From a bacterium (GTDB lineage Bacteria > Auribacterota > JABMQX01): a stretch of DNA of 64,000 nucleotides. The notes under the pieces are model-generated. The model had not been told where the DNA came from, did no database searches, and worked only from the letters and a program-made list of their open reading frames with translations. Positions within the stretch are counted from its first letter, which is position 1. Each line of letters starts with the position of its first letter. The position numbers were made by a program, and so were the translations under genes. The stretch covers positions 459 through 64,458 of the forward strand of contig JAUYEE010000330.1 of NCBI GenBank assembly GCA_030691545.1, written 5' to 3'. Of this stretch, positions 19,682 to 28,773 are shown in pieces.

Positions 19682-19799
19682 TTTCGGATTGGGAATCTGC
19701 TTGGTGTCTTCGTGCCTTGGTGGTTAGCTGCTTGGGGTCCTTACCACGAAGGACACGAAGGGCACGAAGAGAGAAAAGCGCGAAGGGCGCAGACGGCAG

Positions 19800-22289
19800 A
19801 TGTTCTGGAACGGTACAGGAGCGTTTTTAGGAATCATGCACAGGATGCCCATGCTGCTTTCGGTCGAAGAGGGTGAATCGCGGTTTGCCCTGGGAACGCC
19901 GCTTGGGATGGCGACGGTCGCGGTGGTCATGGGAGTGGCGGCGGTGATGATTCTGTTCCTGTACGGGCGAGACCTGAGAACAAAAAGAGCCGGGAGGAAA
20001 GCGATTCTGTGGGGACTGCGACTCCTGGGACTGGCGTGCCTGGCGATTGTGCTTTTAGAGCCGACCCTGGCGTGGAAGCGGACTCTGCGCGAGGAGGTGA
20101 GTGTGGCAGTGTTCGTGGATGCGTCGGCGAGCATGGGCTTGTCCGATAAGTTGAAGGATGCCGAGGCGCGATTCGCCATCGCGAGGAGACATAACCTCCT
20201 GACGGAGGACCAGTTGCGGGCGGCAGAAGGTGGGAAAGCGAAAGCGGAAGTTCTGACCGAACAGCAGAACAAGGTCATAGACAATCTGAAGCGGATGGAA
20301 ATCGTCTCCGATTTCCTGAAGTGGCAGAATCGCGAGTTCCTGCGTCGCCTGGGGGAAAACGTAAATGTGAAGCTCTCCCGGTTTGGGGCAGGGGTGGAGG
20401 AGGTTTCCGAGGAGGCGCTGGTCGGGAATCCGGGTCTGGGCGACAAGTTAGTGCTGGAGGAAGGCGCCGGAGGGGGGGTAACGGACATTTCGGCGGCGTT
20501 GGGAGAGGTCGAGAAGCTGACGGCGAGCGAGCGGATGGCGGCGGCGGTCCTAATCACAGACGGCGACTGGAACAGCGGAAAGGACCCCGTCGCGGCGGCG
20601 AGCAAGTTGCAGGCGCTGGGGATTCCGGTGTTCTGCGTCGGCGTGGGGAATCCGGATGAAGTGATGGACATCGAGGTGGCGGATATAAAAGCCAAGAAGT
20701 CCGTTTACCTCAAGGACGCGGTAGCCGTGGCGGCGGAGGTGAGATGGAGCGGCTACGGGGACAAGACGGTTTCGGTGATTCTGAGGCAGGGGGAGGACGT
20801 TTTGCAGGAGAAGAAGGTGGAACTGGGGTCGGGGGTCGGGGGTCGGGGATCGGGGTCTCAGACGGTGGGGCTGCAATTCGTCCCGACGAAGGTTGGAGTA
20901 GCTGTCTGCACGGTCGAGATTCAACCAGAAGCCGATGAGCTCCGCAAGGACAACAACCAGAGGACGTTCGAGGTGGAGGTGACGCGAGCGAGGAAGAAGG
21001 TCCTCCTCGTCGAGAAGTTTCCGAGGTGGGAATGGCGATTCCTGAAAAACGCGATTTACCTTGACCCGGATTTTGACCTCACGACGATTCTGTTCAACGG
21101 CGTGGGGCGTCCCTCCGAGGGCGATTTCTATATCACTTCCTTCCCGACGACGAAGAGGGAGCTTTATGAGTTCGAGGTAATTATATTTGGCGACGTGCCG
21201 GCGATGGAATTTACGCCGGAGCAGTTGCAGTTGGTGGCTTCGTACGTGGATGAAAAAGGGGCGCCGTTCATCATGATTTCGGGGGAGGAGTATGCGCCGT
21301 GGAGCTACAAGGGGACAGAGATCGAGAAGCTGCTGCCGGTCATCCTGGACGACAGTCCCCGTGGGAAAACCGGTGTGTATTTCGGTGAGGGCTTCAACAT
21401 AGAGTTGACGGCGGAGGGATGGAACAGCCCCATGATGCTCCTGTCCGACGTGCCCGAGGACAATGACCGGGTGTGGATGAACCTGCCGCCGTTTTACTGG
21501 TGCGCCTCGGTGGAAAGGGCGAAGCCGGGAGCAACGGTTCTGGCGACTCATCCCTTCCTTTCGAACCCCGTGTCGCGGGGGAAGTTGCCGCTCATCGCCA
21601 CGCAGCACTACGGGAACGGCAAGACGATGATTGTGAATATTGATAGTACGTGGCGATGGCGGCTCGAGTATGGGGATATCGTGCATTACCGCTTCTGGGG
21701 GAACGTGTTGCGGTGGATGATCGCCACTCCCCTCGAGGGAAAAGGAAAGTACGTGACGCTCTCCTGCGACAAGGAGACGTATCGGGTCGGCGACACGGCG
21801 ACGATTGATGCGAGGGTCGCAGACAAGGAATATTACCCGTTCAACAAGGGACAGGTCTTTGTGGAGGTCACGGACCCCTTCGGAAAAAACGAGAGGCTGC
21901 CGATGGAAATGACCGACGCGAAAAGAGGAACCTATCAGGCGAAATACCCGATTCGGGCGTCGGGCGTGTACCGAATTCAAAGCGTGGTACCAAGTCTGGG
22001 GGAGGAGGGATTCCAGGCGGCAATCAAGGTCTCCGGCGAGTCGGTGTCCCTCGAGCGGAACAGCTTGCAGATGAACAGGGAAGTCTTGGAGCGGATTGCC
22101 GCGAAAACCGGCGGGAGTTTTCATACGATTGAGACGGCGGCTGCGATCACCGATGAAATCCCTTCCGTGCAACGGGAGTTCAGTGAAGTGAAGCTCAGGA
22201 GTCTGTGGGACAGTTCCTACGCGATTGTTGCTTTTGTGGGCATTATGACCCTGGAGTGGTTTCTGAGAAAGAGGAAAGGGTATGTCTGA
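19800..22289 (+). CDS. vWA-domain membrane protein (BatB-like)
   Basis: TM segments then VSVAVFVDASASMG, a MIDAS-like motif. Large C-terminal domain. Confidence 0.6.
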   Translation: MFWNGTGAFLGIMHRMPMLLSVEEGESRFALGTPLGMATVAVVMGVAAVMILFLYGRDLRTKRAGRKAILWGLRLLGLACLAIVLLEPTLAWKRTLREEVSVAVFVDASASMGLSDKLKDAEARFAIARRHNLLTEDQLRAAEGGKAKAEVLTEQQNKVIDNLKRMEIVSDFLKWQNREFLRRLGENVNVKLSRFGAGVEEVSEEALVGNPGLGDKLVLEEGAGGGVTDISAALGEVEKLTASERMAAAVLITDGDWNSGKDPVAAASKLQALGIPVFCVGVGNPDEVMDIEVADIKAKKSVYLKDAVAVAAEVRWSGYGDKTVSVILRQGEDVLQEKKVELGSGVGGRGSGSQTVGLQFVPTKVGVAVCTVEIQPEADELRKDNNQRTFEVEVTRARKKVLLVEKFPRWEWRFLKNAIYLDPDFDLTTILFNGVGRPSEGDFYITSFPTTKRELYEFEVIIFGDVPAMEFTPEQLQLVASYVDEKGAPFIMISGEEYAPWSYKGTEIEKLLPVILDDSPRGKTGVYFGEGFNIELTAEGWNSPMMLLSDVPEDNDRVWMNLPPFYWCASVERAKPGATVLATHPFLSNPVSRGKLPLIATQHYGNGKTMIVNIDSTWRWRLEYGDIVHYRFWGNVLRWMIATPLEGKGKYVTLSCDKETYRVGDTATIDARVADKEYYPFNKGQVFVEVTDPFGKNERLPMEMTDAKRGTYQAKYPIRASGVYRIQSVVPSLGEEGFQAAIKVSGESVSLERNSLQMNREVLERIAAKTGGSFHTIETAAAITDEIPSVQREFSEVKLRSLWDSSYAIVAFVGIMTLEWFLRKRKGYV

Positions 22290-22375
22290 GAGAAGTAGCG
22301 CAGGCGTCTCGCCTGCATGCTGCAAGCCGGAGGCTTGCGCCACATCATTCTGCGTTACCCCGAAGGAGAACAACC

Positions 22376-25300
22376 ATGGCTAACGGCGCCGAGACATGGG
22401 CACGGCATCTCCCGCGAGACCTTGTCGCGCGGTTCACAGCCGCGAGGAGGCGCGTCCGGAAGGTGATTCTGGTCAAGGGCGGGTCGCTAGTGGTGTTCGC
22501 GGCATGTCTGAGTTTTGGCTTGAGCGTCATTCTCGACAGGCTTTTCTTTCTCCGGTCGCCGTACCGGATGGCGCTTTTCCTGGGGAGCATCGCGGCCATC
22601 AGCCTGTTCCTGGTGAGGTTTCTCTTGGTTCCGTTGTCGCGGAGGCTCTCCGCGAGACGCATCGCGCAGGGCATGGAGGAGAAGCACCCGGAGTTGGGGG
22701 ATATGTTGCTGAGCGCGGTGGAGCTTTCGGAGCAACTGGAGACGGGCGAAACCTACACCTCGAAGCAACTCGTCGGAGCGGTTTCGGAAGAGACGGCGAG
22801 ACGCGCGAGGGGGATTGATTTTCGCTCTATTCTGCCGTTCTCGTCTGTCCGCAGGGCCCTGGTGGGAACGCTGGCGGTTGTGTGTGCCGTGGGAGTGTAC
22901 TGCTACCTCCGCCCGATGGTGGCTGAGAACGTGCTGCGGCGGTTACTTTTCCCGTACTCAGGCCCCCCTCCTCTGACGTTCACTCAGTTGAAGGTGACGC
23001 CGGGGAATGCTCTCGTCCTGACAGGCACAGACGTGGAGATCAAGGCGATAGCAACTGGGAAGGTGCCGAGGAGAGCGTTTCTGTATTTACAGGGAGGAGG
23101 GGGTCAGGGGCCAGGGGTCGGGGGCCAGGGGGAAGGAGGCTGGGATAAGAAGGTGCTCCGAGGCAAAACGAAAGGAGAATTCCAATACCGCCTGAGCGAG
23201 GTGCTTCGTCCGATAAGCTACCGGTTGAAAGCCGGCGATGCCCGGTCGGAAACGTACACTATTTCGGTTACAGAGGCGCCGGTCATCGTGGGGATTGAGG
23301 TGGACTACACCTACCCGGACTACACCGCACGCCCGCCGGAGAGAAGGGCTGGCAGCGGAGATGTAGCTGCGGTCCGGGGGACCAAGGTGAGGATCGCGGC
23401 GAAGGCAAACAAACCCTTGAAGATGGCTCAGGTTCGTTTTGGGGACGAGACGCAAAGCCTCGTCTTCGTTCGGGACGAGACGATTCGGTCGCAGGAGTTC
23501 GAAATCAAGAAGGATGAGTCCTATTCGTTCCATCTCGTGGACACGCATGGTTTCGCGAACACCGAGGCGATAACCTATGGCATCCGGGCGCTCGAGGACA
23601 GGCCCCCCGTTGTCGGGGTTCGCAGTCCAGACAAGTATTCCGATGCGACGCCGGACGCGGCGGTGAACGTGGCGTTCCGGGCCGCGGACGACTTCGGAAT
23701 CGAGAAGGTGTGGTTGGAGTATTCCATCTCCGGCGCGGAGTTGAAGGAGGAGAAGGATAAGGTCGCGGGCGACGAAAAGAAAGGGACGTTGCCGATTGAG
23801 ATTCCCGCTCGCGGGAAAACCGAAGTCGAGGCTGAGTACCCGCTTTCCCTGTCGGAATTGAGGCCGAAGGTCGGGGAGGTCGTCGTGTTCCGTGTGGTAG
23901 CTGAGGACAAGAATGTTCTAAGCGGCCCGGGTCGAGGGGTGTCCTCGGAGCACACCATCCGAATCATCTCGAGCGAGAGTTCCCTTCGCAAGATCGAGCA
24001 AGAGCAACAGGACCTGGAACGGCGACTCCAGCGGCTGATCAACCAGCAGAGGGAGAACAAGAAGATAGTGGACAACCTGACTGCGGCTGTTCGCGGAAAA
24101 GAGTCCCCGGGCGAGGGGGAAAAGAAGTCCCTCGAAGAGGCGAAATCGGTGCAGCGGCAGATCGAAGAAGCCGGCCGGCAATTAGCGAAGGATTTCGCCA
24201 GTACGCTGGAGAAGATGAGACAAAGCCCGATCATCCAGGTGCGCAGCATTATCGAGATGGCGGACATCACGGGGGCCCTGGAAGGCCTTTCAGCCGCAGA
24301 AATGCCCGCGGCGACGAAGAAGGCTTCCGAAGCCGCCGGAAGTGAGGAGGCAACGGGCAGAGAAAACAAGCTGCGTGAGACATCGAGCTTGCAGGACAAG
24401 ATTATCAAGAAGTTAGAGGAGGCGGGGCGGGAGTTCGCGAAACTGCAAGAGGGGCAGCGGCTGTTGAGCCTGGCGGAGACGGCAAGTCGCTTGGCGAAGG
24501 AGCAGTTGGACGCACGCACGCAGACGGCGGCGGCTTTGCCAGACCTCGCGGGGGTCTTCCCGGAGAAGCTGACGGAAGAGCAGAAGAGAAGGCTGAGGCA
24601 GTTAGTGGAGGAAGAGGAGAAGCTGAGGGAGAAGCTGACGGAGTTTGAGGAGAGGCTTCGCACCTTGAAGAAGCAGTTGGAGTACTCCAAGTCGCCGGAC
24701 GCCCAGATGATTGCGCAGGCGCTGAAACACTTTGAGCAGGGGGCGGACGCCTCGAGCATCCCGCAGAACGTGAGGGAGGCGATTGAGTCGTTGCGCGCGA
24801 ACCATCTCCACAAGGGAATCAACAATCAGACGCAGGCTTACGAGTCTCTGATGCGGCTCGCGCAAGAGTTCGAGCAGGCCCAGAGGCTGAGGCTCCAGGG
24901 TGAATTCGCAAACAGCATTCAGGGGCTGGAGCCGCAGGAATCAGAAATAGACAAGTTGATTGAGATTCAGAAAGCCATCATCGGGCAGACGAAAGAACTG
25001 CCGACGGAGAAGATCGAGGGAGGGGAGCTGCAACGGTTTGAAAAGGTGTCCGCCTCGGAGAAGGACTTGCTGAGGAGGACATCGTCCTTCCGCGCGATCT
25101 TAGAGGAGATATTCGAGAACTTAGTGTTGATCGGGATTGACCCGGTTACACCGCTGAAAGGGGCGGAGGATGCGATGGGAAAAGCTTCCGGCAGCCTGGA
25201 GAAGCTGAAAGCGGAGACGGCGTTGTCAGAGGAAGCGGTATCCCTTCAGAACCTCGAGAAGGCTCGGGAGGAACTCGCGAAAGCCCTGGCGAGGATGATG

Positions 25301-25912
25301 GCCGGCGCCGGTTTGCAGCAGGCGATGCAGGCGATGTCGGCCCTGGAGAAGATGATTCAGGAACAGAAGAAACTCAACGAGGATACAGCGAACCTCGACA
25401 AGGAAAGCAACGAGAAGAAAGAGATGACTGACCCGATGTTGGAGGCACTCCGACAACTCGCGGACCAACAGGCGAGACTCAAGGACAGGGCGAACGCCAT
25501 GCGGAATTATCTGAAGATGATGCTCAAGGCGGGCGAGATGATGGGGGATTCCGAGAACAAGCTGAGAAACAGGCAGACCGGGCAGCAGACCCAGCAGGTA
25601 CAGGGGCAAATCTTAGAGTTGTTGATGCAAATGCTGGTCAAACTCCAGATGGATGCCAGTGCCATGGCCCAAGCAGCGGGGCTTCCTGGGAGCAGCGCGA
25701 CAGGCGCCCACGGCGGAGTGGTCACAGAACCGATTTTGACGCGGGTTCCGGAGTCAACGGATGACCGGTGGTCGAAGCTGCCGCCGCGGATGAAGCAGGA
25801 ACTCTTAGAGGCCTGGACCGAGAAGTTCTCGCCGGAGTTTCGGGAAATGATTGCCCTGTACTACAAACGGCTTTCGGGCGGCCCGCCGGGAGAGGGAGCG
25901 AATTCGCCTTGA
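22376..25912 (+). CDS. Very large membrane-anchored coiled-coil protein
   Basis: TM helices near the N-terminus and a long Q/E/K/L-rich coiled coil. AAGGAG RBS before ATG 22376; the ORF-track start at 22205 overlaps the previous gene. Confidence 0.5.
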   Translation: MANGAETWARHLPRDLVARFTAARRRVRKVILVKGGSLVVFAACLSFGLSVILDRLFFLRSPYRMALFLGSIAAISLFLVRFLLVPLSRRLSARRIAQGMEEKHPELGDMLLSAVELSEQLETGETYTSKQLVGAVSEETARRARGIDFRSILPFSSVRRALVGTLAVVCAVGVYCYLRPMVAENVLRRLLFPYSGPPPLTFTQLKVTPGNALVLTGTDVEIKAIATGKVPRRAFLYLQGGGGQGPGVGGQGEGGWDKKVLRGKTKGEFQYRLSEVLRPISYRLKAGDARSETYTISVTEAPVIVGIEVDYTYPDYTARPPERRAGSGDVAAVRGTKVRIAAKANKPLKMAQVRFGDETQSLVFVRDETIRSQEFEIKKDESYSFHLVDTHGFANTEAITYGIRALEDRPPVVGVRSPDKYSDATPDAAVNVAFRAADDFGIEKVWLEYSISGAELKEEKDKVAGDEKKGTLPIEIPARGKTEVEAEYPLSLSELRPKVGEVVVFRVVAEDKNVLSGPGRGVSSEHTIRIISSESSLRKIEQEQQDLERRLQRLINQQRENKKIVDNLTAAVRGKESPGEGEKKSLEEAKSVQRQIEEAGRQLAKDFASTLEKMRQSPIIQVRSIIEMADITGALEGLSAAEMPAATKKASEAAGSEEATGRENKLRETSSLQDKIIKKLEEAGREFAKLQEGQRLLSLAETASRLAKEQLDARTQTAAALPDLAGVFPEKLTEEQKRRLRQLVEEEEKLREKLTEFEERLRTLKKQLEYSKSPDAQMIAQALKHFEQGADASSIPQNVREAIESLRANHLHKGINNQTQAYESLMRLAQEFEQAQRLRLQGEFANSIQGLEPQESEIDKLIEIQKAIIGQTKELPTEKIEGGELQRFEKVSASEKDLLRRTSSFRAILEEIFENLVLIGIDPVTPLKGAEDAMGKASGSLEKLKAETALSEEAVSLQNLEKAREELAKALARMMAGAGLQQAMQAMSALEKMIQEQKKLNEDTANLDKESNEKKEMTDPMLEALRQLADQQARLKDRANAMRNYLKMMLKAGEMMGDSENKLRNRQTGQQTQQVQGQILELLMQMLVKLQMDASAMAQAAGLPGSSATGAHGGVVTEPILTRVPESTDDRWSKLPPRMKQELLEAWTEKFSPEFREMIALYYKRLSGGPPGEGANSP

Positions 25913-25968
25913 AAGACGCTCCACGGACTCACCACAAAGAGACAAAGACGCTAAGCAGATAGACGCAG

Positions 25969-27108
25969 ATGAACATGGGCGAAACCACAAAGGACGCGAA
26001 GGGCGGGTTTAGGGGTTGGGGGATAGGGTTTGGCGACCCGGAATGCCCAATTCACGGTCCTCTACTCCCGAAACCCGAAACGCCATACCCCAAACCCGAA
26101 ACCCCGACCCCAAACCCCCGACCTGTCGCGGCGGTTGTGACAGCGTTGGCGGTTCTGGTCTGCCTCGCCGTGCAGGCGCCGAACGGATGGGGGGCCTTGT
26201 CCGCCGAGGCGAAGCAGGCGGTCGAGAAGGGACTCGATTATCTGGCGAAAACGCAGGGGTCGGACGGCTCGTGGCCGGACCACTACGGGAAAAGCCCGGC
26301 GGTTGTGGGGCTGGCGGCACTTGCGTTCATGGCTCACGGAGAAATGCCGGGCAGAGGGAAATACAAAGAGACGCTGGAGAGGGCGATTGACTACATCCTA
26401 AAACAGTCGCAGGAAAACGGGTTGATTGCCCGACCGGGAAGTCAGCCGATGTATGACCATGGCTTCGCGACGCTGGCGCTGGCGGAAGCATACGGCATGT
26501 CCAAAAGGAAGGACCTGGAGGTCGCACTTCTGCGAGCCGTGCGGCTGATCGAGCGTGTCCAGAACCTGCGCGGAGGATGGCGCTACCAGCCCCGGCCGGC
26601 AGACGACGACGTCACGGTGACGGGCTGCCAGTTGATGGCTCTGCGCGCCGCAAGGAACGCGGGCGTGAACGTCCAGAGCCTCGTTGTCCGGAGAGGGGTG
26701 GACTACATCAAGTCGTGCGCGTGTGCGGACGGCGGGTTCGCGTATCAGCCGGGAGGGTCGTCGGGGAAGGCAAGGACGGGCATAGGTGTTCTTCTGCTCC
26801 AGTTGCTTGGCGAAAGCGAATCGGCGCTTGTGGGCAAGGGAGCCGAGTATCTTGCCCAGAATCCCCTGCGTCCCGGGGAGACCTATTACTATTACGGGCT
26901 CTATTACTGCACGCAGGCCATGTTCCAGAAGGGGGGGGAATCCTGGCAGTCCTGGCGGAAGGAGGTTCTGGAAACCGTGGTCTCAACTCAAGTCGCGGAC
27001 GGGAGCTGGCCGAAGCAAGGCAGCGAGGGCGGCGATACGTATGCGGTGGCGATGGCGATCCTTGCCCTCGAGGTCGAATGGAAGTTACTCCCGATCTACC
27101 AGCGGTGA
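25969..27108 (+). CDS. Prenyltransferase / squalene-cyclase-like repeat (alpha-alpha toroid) protein
   Basis: Repeated DGSWPD / GGWRYQ / DGGFAYQ / DGSWPKQ motifs typical of the terpene cyclase/mutase repeat family. N-terminal Pro/Thr-rich linker. Confidence 0.65.
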   Translation: MNMGETTKDAKGGFRGWGIGFGDPECPIHGPLLPKPETPYPKPETPTPNPRPVAAVVTALAVLVCLAVQAPNGWGALSAEAKQAVEKGLDYLAKTQGSDGSWPDHYGKSPAVVGLAALAFMAHGEMPGRGKYKETLERAIDYILKQSQENGLIARPGSQPMYDHGFATLALAEAYGMSKRKDLEVALLRAVRLIERVQNLRGGWRYQPRPADDDVTVTGCQLMALRAARNAGVNVQSLVVRRGVDYIKSCACADGGFAYQPGGSSGKARTGIGVLLLQLLGESESALVGKGAEYLAQNPLRPGETYYYYGLYYCTQAMFQKGGESWQSWRKEVLETVVSTQVADGSWPKQGSEGGDTYAVAMAILALEVEWKLLPIYQR

Positions 27109-27199
27109 CACAGCCCGCCCGGCTGAACACGGATGGAACCACGAAGGACACGAAGATTGGAATTTGCGGGCGAGACGCCTGCGGTACTCGAGCACCAAG

Positions 27200-28711
27200 A
27201 TGACGCGTGACAGGATGATGAGAATTGCTGCGGGATGGATAGCTATCTGGCTTATCCTGAGCACCTTCTGTCTATACGGGCAGGCTTTTGCCGCGAGGGT
27301 CCCTCCGCCGCGAAGGGCGAGGCTTATCGCCCGCGCAAGTCCTGAGGAACCTTACTCGGCAGGTTATTACCCCTGGCCAAAGAACAGCGAAAAGCAGAAA
27401 ACGGAGTGGGACACCCTTCACCTGCGAAACGAGGACAAGGTGTCCGGGACGATCGAGCGAATCGCTGAAGGAGTGGCGGTGCTGCGGTCGGAGTTTTTGG
27501 CGGAGCCGATGCGAATACCGCTGAAAAATGTTCATGAGATTGGGTTCAAGGATAGAGTCGAAGAATCTTCTCGGCGGCAGGCGAAGGTGATTTTTGCGAA
27601 CGGGGACTCCTTGAGCGTTGATGTGACAGGATACGACGGGGAACGACTGACGGTGACGACTGATTTTGACCCGGAACGCCGGATAGGCAGGGAATACGTG
27701 TCGGGAATTATTTTCGAGCGAGACGCTCGTGTGGTGTACAGGGCAGACTTCGAGGACGGAAACTCTGCGGGATTCAAAAGCACAAGCGGAGAGTGGACGG
27801 CGTCGCGGGGCACGTTTGGCCCCTCGGAGGAAACAGAGTGGACCGGCGCCCACCTGAGACTTCGGCAGGAAGGGCACGTCAGGTACAGGTGGACGCAGAG
27901 CGAGGAGGACAATCGCGGGACGGAAGCGTGGCTCTCGTTTTTCGCCCGGCACTTCGACCACTACGCCCCGGGCGAAGCGTACCAGGTAAGGTCATCGCCG
28001 TTCAGCGTGACCCTTTACCGGACAATCCAAAACAACGCGCAGCATGTTGCGACGTTCGGTCTCTCAGAGAGGAAAAGCACACGGCGCTTCGAGGTGGAGC
28101 ACGATTCGCGGACGGGCTTGTTCCGTCTCAAGGTGGATGGGGAAGAACTCACGGCGGGGGTGTTTGCGTCGCCGATCCCGCGAGGAGAGTACGTCGTGCT
28201 CGGCGCACAGGCGAAGCACCGCTTTGACGATATTGTGATCGAGCAGGTCAGTGAAGCGGTTTTGCCCGAGGAGGGAGACGCGGCTGACCTCAAGGATTGC
28301 GTTCTGCTGACGAACGGAGACCGTCTCTCAGGAAAGGTCATTGCGCTTTCGGAAGGAAAGGCGAGGATCGAGACGGGCTACTCCGGGGGAACAACGGAGA
28401 TGCCAGTCACGGAGATTTCAGCGGTGCGGTTCGGTGGATCGGTTGAAACCGAGACCGCGGAACTGCCCGTCGTGCTTTTCCGGAATGGAGACCGGCTGAG
28501 CGCCGAGGTGGTTGGGTATGCCTTGCCGGACCCCGTAGCGCAGGCGTCTCGCCTGCAAACAAGGATGGCGGGCTCCTTGCGAGTGAAGAGTCTGTGCCTG
28601 GGAGAGCTCGAACTGGACGTGAAGAGCGTGTCCTCGGTGGATTTCGGCGGTGAGGAAGAGAATGCCGCGCCTTTTCCAGGCTCGTGGGAACCGGAGGCAG
28701 GGGATTCGTGA
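27200..28711 (+). CDS. Secreted protein, paralog 1 of a three-gene tandem family
   Basis: Signal peptide. Recurring NGD(S/R/K/I)(L/I)xG(E/K)V motifs (FANGDSLSVDVTGY, LTNGDRLSGKVIAL, LFRNGDRLSAEVVGY) shared with the next two genes. Confidence 0.5.
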   Translation: MTRDRMMRIAAGWIAIWLILSTFCLYGQAFAARVPPPRRARLIARASPEEPYSAGYYPWPKNSEKQKTEWDTLHLRNEDKVSGTIERIAEGVAVLRSEFLAEPMRIPLKNVHEIGFKDRVEESSRRQAKVIFANGDSLSVDVTGYDGERLTVTTDFDPERRIGREYVSGIIFERDARVVYRADFEDGNSAGFKSTSGEWTASRGTFGPSEETEWTGAHLRLRQEGHVRYRWTQSEEDNRGTEAWLSFFARHFDHYAPGEAYQVRSSPFSVTLYRTIQNNAQHVATFGLSERKSTRRFEVEHDSRTGLFRLKVDGEELTAGVFASPIPRGEYVVLGAQAKHRFDDIVIEQVSEAVLPEEGDAADLKDCVLLTNGDRLSGKVIALSEGKARIETGYSGGTTEMPVTEISAVRFGGSVETETAELPVVLFRNGDRLSAEVVGYALPDPVAQASRLQTRMAGSLRVKSLCLGELELDVKSVSSVDFGGEEENAAPFPGSWEPEAGDS

Positions 28712-28773
28712 AAAAGTGTGCCCTCGGATCGGGCGGGACCGTATCATCCTGAACCCTGTGCGCGCTTCTCAGA

